A stretch of 64,000 nucleotides of DNA from a virus (lineage: Duplodnaviria; Heunggongvirae; Uroviricota; Caudoviricetes): the IMG/VR virus record IMGVR_UViG_3300031647_000750, positions 25-64,024 of that record. One strand, 5' to 3'. Position numbers and translations under genes: made by a program. Numbering within the stretch: position 1 is the stretch's first letter; the number at the start of each line of letters is the position of its first letter. Below the pieces are notes generated by a model. It saw nothing but the letters and a program-made list of their open reading frames with translations. It did no database searches and was not told the origin of the DNA. This document shows positions 10,232 to 20,135 of this stretch, one piece after another.

Positions 10232-10763
10232 CAATTATATTTGCACCATTTTTAGACGTAACAATCCAACCAACAACAGTATATACTAGTGTAACAGATT
10301 CGCCTATATTTGTCAAGTTAAATGATGTATATCCAACTGGAGTAGTCGGTGTTATAACAATAGTTCCAGTTGGAGTACCTGTTACTGCAATAACTTTTAA
10401 TTGACCTTCTGTTCCATCACCAAGCGACAATGCTAAACTGGTTGTTTGATTAAGATATGATACACCAGTATTGGCATTAATTGTTGCCACAGCAACCGAA
10501 GGACTTACATCAATTACAACACCTGATCCTGAATTACCTAACGTAACAATATCACCATCTGCAACTATACTACCATTTACATATAAGTGTCCACCTATGT
10601 ACCCACCACCTGCTACATTTAAGGCACCATCGCCAAATACTGGTGCTGCTAAATTAACATCTGCTGTACTTGTTAAAGTAAGATCTGTACCGATTACACT
10701 AAGGGTATCTATCGTACCTAATATGCGTAGTGAACCATTATCTGGATTTATTACTGATGACAT
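10227..10763 (-). CDS. Small virion structural protein (178 aa)
   Basis: GALNVAGGGYIGGHLYV beta-repeat and LGDGTEGQLKVI...GW C-terminal domain; GGAG SD; TAAATA motifs at 10796-10803 and 10812-10819. Confidence 0.6.
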   Translation of the reverse strand: MSSVINPDNGSLRILGTIDTLSVIGTDLTLTSTADVNLAAPVFGDGALNVAGGGYIGGHLYVNGSIVADGDIVTLGNSGSGVVIDVSPSVAVATINANTGVSYLNQTTSLALSLGDGTEGQLKVIAVTGTPTGTIVITPTTPVGYTSFNLTNIGESVTLVYTVVGWIVTSKNGANIIV

Positions 10764-10828
10764 TATATTCTCCGTTTATGCATTATATACATACTTATTT
10801 ATGCTTTTAAGTATTTATCAAATTAGAC

Positions 10829-10857
10829 TTGACAAGTAAGATATGTTACTGTAAACT
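10829..10857 (+). promoter_or_regulatory. Sigma70-type early promoter
   Basis: TTGACA-N17-TAAACT. Confidence 0.75.
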
Positions 10858-10887
10858 AGTAAAGTAAGTTAATTATTGAGACAATAT

Positions 10888-11562
10888 ATGAACATCAATC
10901 CAGATTCTAATCTTATTGCAGATATTGAAGAAATTATAGATCAATCTAATATAGAGTATTCAATGTTTCTTGAAGATAATAACGATGTAGATGACATAGA
11001 AGAATTAGTAGATATTCTAAATTATAATAATATAGATGAGTTGTCTATTGATTTTATTGTCAATCATGCACCTCGTGCTGATAAGAATGAATGGATTTCT
11101 GCAATGGCAGATTGGTCAACTACCGATGGAAAAATAATCACTGTAATATTACACTCAAAAAATCTTGAGAATATGTGGGGACCCGTTTCTTTTAAAGAAA
11201 TTTTAATGAAAATGCTTGCACATGAGACAATTCATTTCAACCAGTATGATAAGATCAATCCATCAATAATTGAGACTCTTCAATCTGGACATCAAAAAGG
11301 AATGAAATTAAAAGAGAATGGTGGTACTGAACGTGATTGGATGCGTAGTTACTTGCGTGATCCTCATGAGCAAATGGCTTACGGACATGATCTATCTGTT
11401 GAAATTAGATACTCAAGTGATCCAATGAATGCATTACGTAATCCAGAAATGTTCATTGATGAACTACCAGTGTACGCTCGTTATCGTGCCATCTTCCCAA
11501 AGGAAGCAAAGCAAGTTAAACAGTTACTTAAATATACTGCGAGTTATTATGAAATACACTAA
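10888..11562 (+). CDS. Putative zincin-like metalloprotein (HExxH)
   Basis: LAHETIHFNQY plus downstream PHEQMAY; ATG at 10888 preferred over TTG at 10876. Confidence 0.6.
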   Translation: MNINPDSNLIADIEEIIDQSNIEYSMFLEDNNDVDDIEELVDILNYNNIDELSIDFIVNHAPRADKNEWISAMADWSTTDGKIITVILHSKNLENMWGPVSFKEILMKMLAHETIHFNQYDKINPSIIETLQSGHQKGMKLKENGGTERDWMRSYLRDPHEQMAYGHDLSVEIRYSSDPMNALRNPEMFIDELPVYARYRAIFPKEAKQVKQLLKYTASYYEIH

Positions 11563-11842
11563 GCCTAATATTATCGTAAAAATAGACAAACGATTCAAAT
11601 TATCCAAATATGGATATATATGCTATATTAGAATTAAAGATTACGCCACTGTGGAGATATTGAAGGAGCAATATAAATTACTATACATCATCACCAATGC
11701 TGAAATGAATACATTGTACGAAAAATCAGCATATGGATATCATATCACACAGCGTGACATGCTTTATGCATACGATGACTATGGATATTTCATCGTCTTC
11801 AAAAACGAAGAAGATGCATTTATGATGAAAATAGGATTGTAA
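11549..11842 (+). CDS. Hypothetical protein, paralogue A (97 aa)
   Basis: Start placed at MKYTKP by alignment with the next gene. Confidence 0.75.
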   Translation: MKYTKPNIIVKIDKRFKLSKYGYICYIRIKDYATVEILKEQYKLLYIITNAEMNTLYEKSAYGYHITQRDMLYAYDDYGYFIVFKNEEDAFMMKIGL

Positions 11843-11843
11843 T

Positions 11844-12164
11844 ATGAGATACACTAAGCCACATGTAGTTACAAAAATAGACAAGCGATTCAAATTATCA
11901 AAATACGGATATACCTATTTTATTAGAATCAACGATGTTGACGAAATTGAACAACTAAGATGGAAACATGGATTAAGATATATCATAATAGATAGATATA
12001 TTGGCGGAACTATGACAGGTGCCGAAATGGATGTATTATACGGAGAAAATTCGGACAATAAGATAATCGTCAATGATGATATGCTGTACGCCCACGATGG
12101 GCATGGTTACATGGTCCTCTTCAAAAACAAAGAAGATGCATTTATGATACGAATGGGGCTTTAA
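11844..12164 (+). CDS. Hypothetical protein, paralogue B (106 aa)
   Basis: Shares YTKPxxxxKIDKRFKLSKYGY, DMLYA and FKNxEDAFM with 11549..11842. Confidence 0.75.
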   Translation: MRYTKPHVVTKIDKRFKLSKYGYTYFIRINDVDEIEQLRWKHGLRYIIIDRYIGGTMTGAEMDVLYGENSDNKIIVNDDMLYAHDGHGYMVLFKNKEDAFMIRMGL

Positions 12165-12175
12165 TAATCGCCCAC

Positions 12176-12202
12176 AAAAAAACAGCCCTAAGGCTGTTTT
12201 TT
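12176..12202. terminator. Bidirectional intrinsic terminator
   Basis: A7-CAGCC-ctaa-GGCTG-T6 between convergent genes (capsid gene and early cassette). Confidence 0.9.
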
Positions 12203-12224
12203 ATTTCTAATTTAAAATTAGGTT

Positions 12225-13388
12225 TTACTGGAAAGACAATGCGCCAGAGTTAACGCCGATCTTAGCCAAGTAGTCTGCTGCATTACCAAGAGATGAAGCC
12301 TGGTTATTCAACTCAACATAACCGTAACGAGTCATGAATGACACAGTAGGTTCGAATGTTGATGGATCTAGTACAGTACCAGAAGACATTAGTGGAATAT
12401 ATGGGCAGTAGAATGCTGCTGCGTCCATTTCGCCGTCACCCTTATATCCTACTAGGATTGGAGTAGCGTCAGAAGCGTACTGATCAACAAATACTTTCAT
12501 AGTGTTGTTCAACATACCAACAAACTTAGTGTTAGTAGGTGCTTCAAAAGGACCTTCAGTTGTGCGTGCAAACGCAGAAGTAGTAGCAGATTGTAGTACA
12601 GTCAACATAGTTGGTGAAACTACAACGTAGTTACCAGCGCCACGACGAGTACGTGCTGCGATCAAGTTTGCTGCGCGGTTAATCAAAACTGCTAATGCTG
12701 CGTGTTGATCACCTACGAATGTTGCTACGCCAGAAACGTTGCCTTGGTCATATGTGTCAGTTGCAGTACCAGCAAGAGCGCGTAAAGAAGTAAGAACTTC
12801 TTGGTCGATTTCTGCTGTGATTTCTTGTGCAAGTGCTTGCATGATTTCAGCTTCAACGTCAAGACCGTGCATTGAGTTAGCATCTTGTGCTGCTTCAAAA
12901 GTCCAACGTGCTGACAACTTACGTGTCTTCGCTTCAACAGTCTGCTTCAATACTTGGATTGAAAGCTTACGACCTGCTGTTGCTTCAAGAGCAGAAGTTG
13001 CTGATGGTCCGCCAGTAGTAGCATCACCAGAATAGCCTTTAGCGATAGCGAATGGAGACAATGCTTCGTCGCCTGCTGATACGCCTGCTGCGCCTTCAGA
13101 ATAACGCACACGCAATGTGTGAATTTGTCCAACAGGACCAGTCATTGGCTGAACACCAACTAATTCGTTAGCGATTACGGTAGGCATTACACGACGAATA
13201 ACAGGTAAAATTACCTTATTCATAGTAGCGATGTTGCCTGCCATTGTAGAACCAGTTGCTGCTGATTCTGTTAAATAGTTCTTAGTGTTTTCAAGCACAG
13301 ATTCCATTACAGATTTCTTGTTGCCTGTTAAACCGTCAGTTAGAGCGTCTTTAGTTACGTTCCAGTTTTCAAATAAATTTTGTGACAT
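12225..13388 (-). CDS. gp23: Major capsid protein (T4 gp23 family)
   Basis: GVQPMTGPVGQI, VEAKTRKLSARWT, EITAEIDQE, FYCPYIPL, DPSTFEP, TRYG; AGGAG SD. Confidence 0.97.
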   Translation of the reverse strand: MSQNLFENWNVTKDALTDGLTGNKKSVMESVLENTKNYLTESAATGSTMAGNIATMNKVILPVIRRVMPTVIANELVGVQPMTGPVGQIHTLRVRYSEGAAGVSAGDEALSPFAIAKGYSGDATTGGPSATSALEATAGRKLSIQVLKQTVEAKTRKLSARWTFEAAQDANSMHGLDVEAEIMQALAQEITAEIDQEVLTSLRALAGTATDTYDQGNVSGVATFVGDQHAALAVLINRAANLIAARTRRGAGNYVVVSPTMLTVLQSATTSAFARTTEGPFEAPTNTKFVGMLNNTMKVFVDQYASDATPILVGYKGDGEMDAAAFYCPYIPLMSSGTVLDPSTFEPTVSFMTRYGYVELNNQASSLGNAADYLAKIGVNSGALSFQ

Positions 13389-13405
13389 TTTAGGTATACT
13401 CCTTT

Positions 13406-14512
13406 TTAGCTTATACCAGCTAATTTTTTAAGGTTAATGATATCTGCATTACTTTCAGTACTTTGATCGTGTGTGCTAGTTTTATCACCTGTGACCTCGC
13501 TAGTGCGAGACTCATTAAGTTTTTGCGTAGTGCGTTTAGTCGTTGAAACAGTTTCATTCAAAACCGTACCAATGTACTTGTCATATGCTACAGTAAGTTT
13601 GCTAGTAGCAACACTTTCAAGTAGATTCGACATTAACTCACGCTTGTCCTTCGACAAGGGCTTTAATAAATCAGCCATTACAGAATTACGTTCAGCGCGT
13701 TCATTAACTCGCTTTAGTTTTTTGTTGGTTGATTCAATTAATGTTTCTTTTTCAGAAATAGTAGATGCTGATTCTGCCAAAGCAGTTTTCATATCTAATA
13801 ATTCAAGGCTCAATTTTGAAACCTGTGTGCCTTCTGCTAAATGTGAACTCATAAATTCAGTTGCAAAAGTTTCAAAAATCTTGCGTCCAAACATGTTTTC
13901 TTTAGCTAACATGATATCTTCTTTAAGAGTGCTTAACTCGCCAGTCACTGTTGATTCAACAATGCTCGCTAATTTTGCGCTTGCTTTAGAGATGAATTCA
14001 CGCTTCGTCTCGGCAATCATTTTCTTGCCTTCTTTTACCAATTTAACTTTCTCTGTTAACAGGTCTTGTTTGTCTTGGTGGAAATCGTTAAGTTCAGTAG
14101 TTAGTTGCTCCATTACAAAGTCTTCTAACTTTTCAAAGTTTCCTTCTTGAAGTTTACGATCATCGCGCAATTCTGTAATTTCTTTCTTTAAAGTTTCCAT
14201 TACAAAAGTGTCCAGCATCTTAGCATGTTCTGCAACTTGGCTTGCATAAGCCACCTTTGCTTCTACTGCTGCTTTTTTGTCTGCTGCGAATTCGCGCAAT
14301 TCCGTTGTAATTGTATCTGACATCATTGCGTCTAGTGCTTCCACCATTTGCTGCTTGTCAGTTTCATAACGTGTTGCGAACTCTTCACGAAGTTCATTAG
14401 TCAATTCTTCACGTGCTTCAGTTAACTTGGTTTCCCAAGCTTCTGTTAGTGTAGAACGAACTTCTTCTGAAAGAACTTCTGAACTTAGGAGTTGTTCAAT
14501 TGCATTTGCCAT
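13406..14512 (-). CDS. gp22: Prohead core scaffold protein (gp22-like)
   Basis: Glu/Lys-rich coiled coil between the protease and capsid genes. Confidence 0.85.
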   Translation of the reverse strand: MANAIEQLLSSEVLSEEVRSTLTEAWETKLTEAREELTNELREEFATRYETDKQQMVEALDAMMSDTITTELREFAADKKAAVEAKVAYASQVAEHAKMLDTFVMETLKKEITELRDDRKLQEGNFEKLEDFVMEQLTTELNDFHQDKQDLLTEKVKLVKEGKKMIAETKREFISKASAKLASIVESTVTGELSTLKEDIMLAKENMFGRKIFETFATEFMSSHLAEGTQVSKLSLELLDMKTALAESASTISEKETLIESTNKKLKRVNERAERNSVMADLLKPLSKDKRELMSNLLESVATSKLTVAYDKYIGTVLNETVSTTKRTTQKLNESRTSEVTGDKTSTHDQSTESNADIINLKKLAGIS

Positions 14513-15153
14513 TATTTTCTCCTAAAATCTAGGTTATTGATCATTTTAAGTACCTCTTCCTGGAGATACTTTTCGGCTTTTGTATCGTGATTTATAGCTT
14601 TCGCAACATCCATAATAATGTCGCTACGTCTGCCATTCATGATAGCCTCGTAGAGTGGATCTGGATATGCATCTGGAGCACTTGGATTCGCAACGATATC
14701 TACCGTTACAATTTCAAATTCCGACACATTACCATTGTCACCTACGTTACCACTACCGCGACTCGATACGCCTAATTTTACACCATTGTCCAACAAAGTT
14801 TTACATATGTTGCCCATTGGCGTTGGTAATAATTTTAGCTTGCCATAACCATCATTCCCGTTCATCCACATTTTTTCAATGATGTGTGATACTCGGTCCA
14901 AATTCACTTGTAGATCATCTGGATGGTCTGCTTCGCCCAACACTGAATATCCACCTTGAATCTTTTCTTGAACAGAATTAACTGCTCGTCTGATTTCAGA
15001 GGCTGGATATACGCGTTGATTTTGGTTGCGTGCATCACCTTGAACAAAAATACCTTCCATATACAAATCCTTACCACCTTTGCCGTTATCCACAGCTTCA
15101 GTAACAATGTTTGCTTGATCGAAAGTTAAATGTTCATTCAGTGTATTGCGCAT
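14512..15153 (-). CDS. gp21: Prohead protease (gp21)
   Basis: EGIFVQ, NQNQRVYP, GEADHP, GVSSRGSG, DIVANPSAPDA. Confidence 0.95.
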   Translation of the reverse strand: MRNTLNEHLTFDQANIVTEAVDNGKGGKDLYMEGIFVQGDARNQNQRVYPASEIRRAVNSVQEKIQGGYSVLGEADHPDDLQVNLDRVSHIIEKMWMNGNDGYGKLKLLPTPMGNICKTLLDNGVKLGVSSRGSGNVGDNGNVSEFEIVTVDIVANPSAPDAYPDPLYEAIMNGRRSDIIMDVAKAINHDTKAEKYLQEEVLKMINNLDFRRK

Positions 15154-15155
15154 TT

Positions 15156-16007
15156 TTATTGTTTCATACCGCGCTTCTCAGCACCATGACCGCGAGTTTC
15201 TGGCTTCAATGAAGCGCCTTCGCCAGGATGTGTTACACCCATGTCTTTTGCTGATTCGTCTGATAAGCCTTTCTTAGAGCCTTCAGATCCTTTTGCGCCA
15301 GTTGGAATTACTTTTCCACCCATGTCATTTTTGCCTGCAACTGGTGATGCTTTACCGTCATCTCCTGCTGGCATTTCTGAAGGATGCATTCCATCTTTAC
15401 CAATCTTTGTAAGATCAGCGGCTTCTTCTAATTCTTCTGCTTCATCAGATTCGAATGCTAACTGCTCTTCGAACTCTTCTTCTGCTTCTGGCTCAATGTC
15501 AGATGCGAAATCATCGGCTGGAAGTTCGTCAGATAAACCTGCTTCTTCTTCATCACCTAGATCATCGCCCATCAACTGTGCGAATTCTGCTTTTAAATCA
15601 GCAAGTGCATCTTCAACGCTTAACATTGCGTCTTCAATTCCTGCTTCTGATTCTGGCTCCATGTCGCCTTCAGCGTCCATGTCCATATCCATTTCATCGT
15701 CAGATGCTAGTTCGAATTCTGCTTCACCTTCAGCATCAAATTCTTCTTCTTCACCTTCGTCTTCCATTGCATACTCTTCTTCTGCTGCAATTTCTTCTTC
15801 GAATGAATCAACATCTTCGTCGAAATAAGATTCTTCAATCTCTTCTTCTGAAATGTCATCTTCGACGATTTCATCTTGCTCCACAAGACCTGACCAGATC
15901 TCACGAGCTTTGTCTACAAAAGCTTCATGTAACAAATCAGATGCAACTTCACCTTCTCCGTTTACTAGGCTCTCAATGATCTTTGAATAACGATCTTGTA
16001 CGCTCAT
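15156..16007 (-). CDS. Highly acidic prohead core/internal protein (283 aa)
   Basis: Lies between portal and protease (the gp67/gp68 position); very Asp/Glu-rich; GGAG SD. Confidence 0.6.
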   Translation of the reverse strand: MSVQDRYSKIIESLVNGEGEVASDLLHEAFVDKAREIWSGLVEQDEIVEDDISEEEIEESYFDEDVDSFEEEIAAEEEYAMEDEGEEEEFDAEGEAEFELASDDEMDMDMDAEGDMEPESEAGIEDAMLSVEDALADLKAEFAQLMGDDLGDEEEAGLSDELPADDFASDIEPEAEEEFEEQLAFESDEAEELEEAADLTKIGKDGMHPSEMPAGDDGKASPVAGKNDMGGKVIPTGAKGSEGSKKGLSDESAKDMGVTHPGEGASLKPETRGHGAEKRGMKQ

Positions 16008-16202
16008 TTTATATTCTCCGTTTAATAAAATTTTATTTTATAAATCTATTTATTTAATCCCGTAGGCTACTAGGGAACTAATTTATTACATTAGTATTTA
16101 ATACTTTTTGCCTATAACTAGCCAATAACGCGTTTAAAATCGCGTTTTTATAAAAATAATACATTATAATACAATCTATTACTTTTATTTATCAACTTTT
16201 AT

Positions 16203-16391
16203 TTACTCTGATGGCTTACCATACATTGCTGTATTAACAGACTGCTCATCTTCATATTCTGCTTTAGCCAATTCGCGCTTATTACGAATCTTATTTAAAT
16301 GCTTCAAAGTCAGACGTGGGCGACGAGTATCGTCAATATCCCACTTGTCTTCATCATTTCTTTCATCAATTGCTAATTCATTAAATCTCAT
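16203..16391 (-). CDS. Small head-module protein (62 aa)
   Basis: Overlaps the portal stop; DTRRPRLTLKHLNKIR...MYG. Confidence 0.7.
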   Translation of the reverse strand: MRFNELAIDERNDEDKWDIDDTRRPRLTLKHLNKIRNKRELAKAEYEDEQSVNTAMYGKPSE

Positions 16392-18027
16392 TACCTATCT
16401 CCCCTTCGCCATCCATGTCTGGTGTTACTTCGTCGAAGTCACCATCGTCAAACTCTTCATCGTCTAATTCTGTTGCTTCAAATCCATCAACATCACCAGC
16501 ACGCAATCCTATAGAACCTAAGTCACTACCTGGATCACTAGATTCACCACCTTCGTTATTTTCCTTGCGCCATAACATTTCATTTTCTGTAATCTCTGAC
16601 TCACTAAGCCCAAGATATTTCTTCAGAAGGAACTGTCTGCTCAAATAATCAACACCCTCTAGATTGCCAAACACTGCTGCTCTTGCTGAATCTAATTCAA
16701 TCTCTCTGTACTTACTGAAACTCTGTGGCTCTACGAATTTTAAATCAAACAAACTACTAGTAACATCAATTCCACGGAACTTCAAAAACATTTTAAATTC
16801 ATTATCTAATGCAGGACCTAGCAATAACTGAATACGTTCGCAATACTTACTAAAGCGATATTCTTGTATCAATGCAGTTCCTAAACGACCATCGTTATAT
16901 GTCGCTGTTCCATCTTCAGAACCAGTTGGCATATACGAACTCGGTATACGTAAACCTCTCAATAACTTATTATTGAAGTATTTTAGATCATCAATCTCGC
17001 CTAAATTATCACCGCCGGGCAGTACTTCTACCTTAGAACCACGCCCTTCTGCTGTTTGAGCAAAGAAATAATCTTCCATGATTGATAATGGATTGTATGC
17101 AGCATCTACTACACTGCTACCACCACCAGTTTTATTAGGAATTCTAGTCTGATGAACTTCATTTTTAACGCGTTCAACGAATCCCATAGCCTTATGTGCT
17201 GGCATATTACCAACATCGATATAGAATACTCGACGTTCTGGTGCACGTTGCACACGGTAAATGATGATTGAATCTTCTAGTAATTCTTTTTGCTTATATA
17301 CTTTAAATACTGATTCAAGTATACTTTGACCAAAGGGCCAACTAGCAGTCATACCGTCAGTCATTGAAATATGAACAACATGTGAACTGTCAACCGCATA
17401 TTCTTCATTAGAATTTCCTGACATTTGATTGCTAGATAATCCAGAGTTACTAGTCGTATTAGTAAATCCTGGAGAACTATGCATGTCCATATTTTGAGTA
17501 TTTCTTGTATCAGTTAATACCATATCATGCAAATTTAAGTTGATATTGCGCATGATGTATTGATCAATTTCTTTACCATTTGATTCATTTACAACAGCCT
17601 TAGTAACATCTTCTGGTGAAACCCAAAATAGTTTAAACGTCTCAGGATCTCTTACAAAGAAATGATCTCCATATTTAATCGCTGCGCGTATAATATTGAA
17701 TGCTCTACGCTCAAAATCATTTATGTTACACCATTGCTTTAATGCAGTGGATAACGCAGAAACTTCTGCATCAGTTGCTTCTGATTTATAAAATATTTCA
17801 AACGGCAATTTAGTTTCAGGACTTGTCTGTGTACTAAATTCTGCAATAGTATCCAATGCACCGTTAATTTCAGAATCTTGATCCATCTGATCATATTGCG
17901 TATAGCGTTCTGTACGATTCGGCATACCAGAATATACTTCTGGTAGCCAACTTTGCCATCTAGATTGCTTGGTCTGTTGACCCGCTTGATTCATGTCGTG
18001 CTTCTGAAAATGCTTCTTCCAACTCAT
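16381..18027 (-). CDS. gp20: Portal protein (gp20)
   Basis: LLEDSIIIYRVQRAPERRVFYIDVGNMP, EDYFF, LPGGDNLGEIDD. Confidence 0.97.
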   Translation of the reverse strand: MSWKKHFQKHDMNQAGQQTKQSRWQSWLPEVYSGMPNRTERYTQYDQMDQDSEINGALDTIAEFSTQTSPETKLPFEIFYKSEATDAEVSALSTALKQWCNINDFERRAFNIIRAAIKYGDHFFVRDPETFKLFWVSPEDVTKAVVNESNGKEIDQYIMRNINLNLHDMVLTDTRNTQNMDMHSSPGFTNTTSNSGLSSNQMSGNSNEEYAVDSSHVVHISMTDGMTASWPFGQSILESVFKVYKQKELLEDSIIIYRVQRAPERRVFYIDVGNMPAHKAMGFVERVKNEVHQTRIPNKTGGGSSVVDAAYNPLSIMEDYFFAQTAEGRGSKVEVLPGGDNLGEIDDLKYFNNKLLRGLRIPSSYMPTGSEDGTATYNDGRLGTALIQEYRFSKYCERIQLLLGPALDNEFKMFLKFRGIDVTSSLFDLKFVEPQSFSKYREIELDSARAAVFGNLEGVDYLSRQFLLKKYLGLSESEITENEMLWRKENNEGGESSDPGSDLGSIGLRAGDVDGFEATELDDEEFDDGDFDEVTPDMDGEGEIGNEI

Positions 18028-18058
18028 AGTAATTTACCTTTTAATTTCATTATGATAG

Positions 18059-18066
18059 TATTTATG
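18059..18066 (-). promoter_or_regulatory. Late promoter CATAAATA
   Basis: TAAATA core upstream of the portal gene. Confidence 0.6.
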
Positions 18067-18074
18067 CTTTTAAA

Positions 18075-20135
18075 TTATGCCGTTTTATTAGTATTATCAA
18101 CTGCTCGTTTATAGTCATTAGATCTCTGTATGCTCTTCATAGCGGATTTCATCTGGTTGAGAACCGCTACAGTTTGCTGTTTTGTTTTTATAATCTCTTC
18201 TATATGCTGCGACATCTTATTATCCCCAATATTAACAGGATCTTGCATCATTTTTGTTTTATTCGTATCTGTCATTCTGCCATTCTCATTTGGTGTATCC
18301 AATCTTGTACTTTTACTTGTACCTGTACCTGTATTATTGGCAGTGGGTTCTGGCATATTTCCTTCTGTCATTGGTGTTATTGAGTGCTTTTTTCTAAACG
18401 CCTTCAACTCATCTGTGTTGCCTGATTGCTCTAGTCTAGACTCCATAAGTCTAATCTGGTAATCTTTAAATGTTTCATCGTCTTTCTTGTAAAGCAAGTT
18501 AGTCTCTGGTTCATTTGATCTGTTTAATAAGTTTTTCATAGACTCTGTTCCAGATTTCAATCCATTTGCAAGTTTTTCTGCCATATTAGATGCTTCATCT
18601 AAGTTATAAACAAACGCATCTTGAATTATCATGAATGTTTTTTTCATATTGTTCATCGCGACTGTCATTGCACCAGATGTGACTGATTTCTCTTCTATTT
18701 CTTTAAGATATGTGGCGTACTCACTTTTGCTCATACCAATCAATTTTTTCATTTGTTTGTCTACCATAACACCACCAGCTTTCAACTGTTGAATGATATG
18801 CTGAACCGAACCAACTACTACATTACTTGACCCTACTTCTGCATCACGCATCTTTGCCATCTCTTTAACGAGCATCTTATTTGCGCCATCTATATCGCCA
18901 GACCTAAACACCTCATTGACTCTATCAGTGAATCCATTATTTGCAGCATCGAGTGCTGTAGCCAAATCTGGTCCCAATGCAACTGCCATATCAAAATCTG
19001 CTGGGGTGTCTGCCACTCTAAAGATATAATCATTAAATCTATCAGATATATCTTTTCCGACAGGACCCATAGAACTTTCAAGTAGTGCAAATTGTGATAT
19101 GAACGATCGTGCTACTTCTGCGTGTCCGCCTCCCGCTTTATCCATTGTTGCCAATGCTGCTGCAACTTGTGGTTGCGATAATGAGGCTAAGCGTTTCTGT
19201 AATATTTCTGATCTATTCTCACCTGTCAAACTTGCTAATGCGGTTGTTTCAATCATCAAATTATGAAATCCTAATTCAACACTATCTTGAGTGCTTAATA
19301 ATGCCATATCTTTAGATAATGTCATACGCTGTATGTTTACATAATCAGCTAAAACTTCTGCCATTTCTGCCGATCTTAAACCGTAGTCACCAAATTTATC
19401 ACCTGTCTCATTGACCGACTTGAACATTGATGTAAATGCAGTCGTACCACTTGATACCCCATTGCCCAATGACTGAAATGCAACGCCATTTTGACTAACT
19501 AGTTTGGTTAATTCAGTATATGTTAGACCTGATGCTATCGCTGATTGCTTCAATGTTTCATATGGAGATGTATCGCCAAACATGATTGCACCAGAATTTA
19601 TCATAGTCTCTTGTGCTTTTGCAAATTGTTCTATTTGTCCGACTTGAAAGCCTGCCCATGCTAATGCTGTACCGGCAAGTGCACCAACTCCAATGCCTGC
19701 GGTTTTTAATAACTTCCCTGCCTTAGAGTTTGCATCAATGTCCTTTGTCATTCCCTTTGCACTACCAGAAATAGCCCCAACCATATCGCCAAGCATATCT
19801 ACCATTGAAGTAAGTGGTGCATCAGTATTACTAAATTTGTCAACCGCATTTTTAGTTGATTTTGCTGCACCAACTAGTTTTTTGTCTAGAGATTCTTTCT
19901 TTGCTATCGATACTTCTTCATTACTTGAAGCATATTCCTTTGCAATTCCTTGAATATCATCGGATAACTGTGCTGTATTTACCGTACCTGTCTTTATATG
20001 CTTTGCTATTACACTTGACATAAGATTAGATGTACCAGTTAATTCTGCTATTTTACTGAGTGTTTCTTCACTAGCCCATTTAGGTATTTGTATTGATATT
20101 CCTTCAACTTCGATAGTGTGTGTTTTATCCGCCAT
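18075..20135 (-). CDS. Tape-measure-like protein 2 (686 aa)
   Basis: Alpha-helical composition, Gly/Ala hydrophobic segment (AGIGVGALAGTALAWAG), adjacent to the gp26-like gene; paralogue of the next gene. Confidence 0.65.
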   Translation of the reverse strand: MADKTHTIEVEGISIQIPKWASEETLSKIAELTGTSNLMSSVIAKHIKTGTVNTAQLSDDIQGIAKEYASSNEEVSIAKKESLDKKLVGAAKSTKNAVDKFSNTDAPLTSMVDMLGDMVGAISGSAKGMTKDIDANSKAGKLLKTAGIGVGALAGTALAWAGFQVGQIEQFAKAQETMINSGAIMFGDTSPYETLKQSAIASGLTYTELTKLVSQNGVAFQSLGNGVSSGTTAFTSMFKSVNETGDKFGDYGLRSAEMAEVLADYVNIQRMTLSKDMALLSTQDSVELGFHNLMIETTALASLTGENRSEILQKRLASLSQPQVAAALATMDKAGGGHAEVARSFISQFALLESSMGPVGKDISDRFNDYIFRVADTPADFDMAVALGPDLATALDAANNGFTDRVNEVFRSGDIDGANKMLVKEMAKMRDAEVGSSNVVVGSVQHIIQQLKAGGVMVDKQMKKLIGMSKSEYATYLKEIEEKSVTSGAMTVAMNNMKKTFMIIQDAFVYNLDEASNMAEKLANGLKSGTESMKNLLNRSNEPETNLLYKKDDETFKDYQIRLMESRLEQSGNTDELKAFRKKHSITPMTEGNMPEPTANNTGTGTSKSTRLDTPNENGRMTDTNKTKMMQDPVNIGDNKMSQHIEEIIKTKQQTVAVLNQMKSAMKSIQRSNDYKRAVDNTNKTA

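Noticed and set aside
12725-15979. Alternative-frame ORFs over the head genes (for example 13473..14150 and 15241..15828)
   Set aside because: Shadows of well-supported gp23, gp22, gp21 and core genes.
16127-16146. AACGCG/CGCGTT hairpin as a terminator of the portal transcript
   Set aside because: The U-tract is on the plus strand and weak in the sense direction; function unclear.
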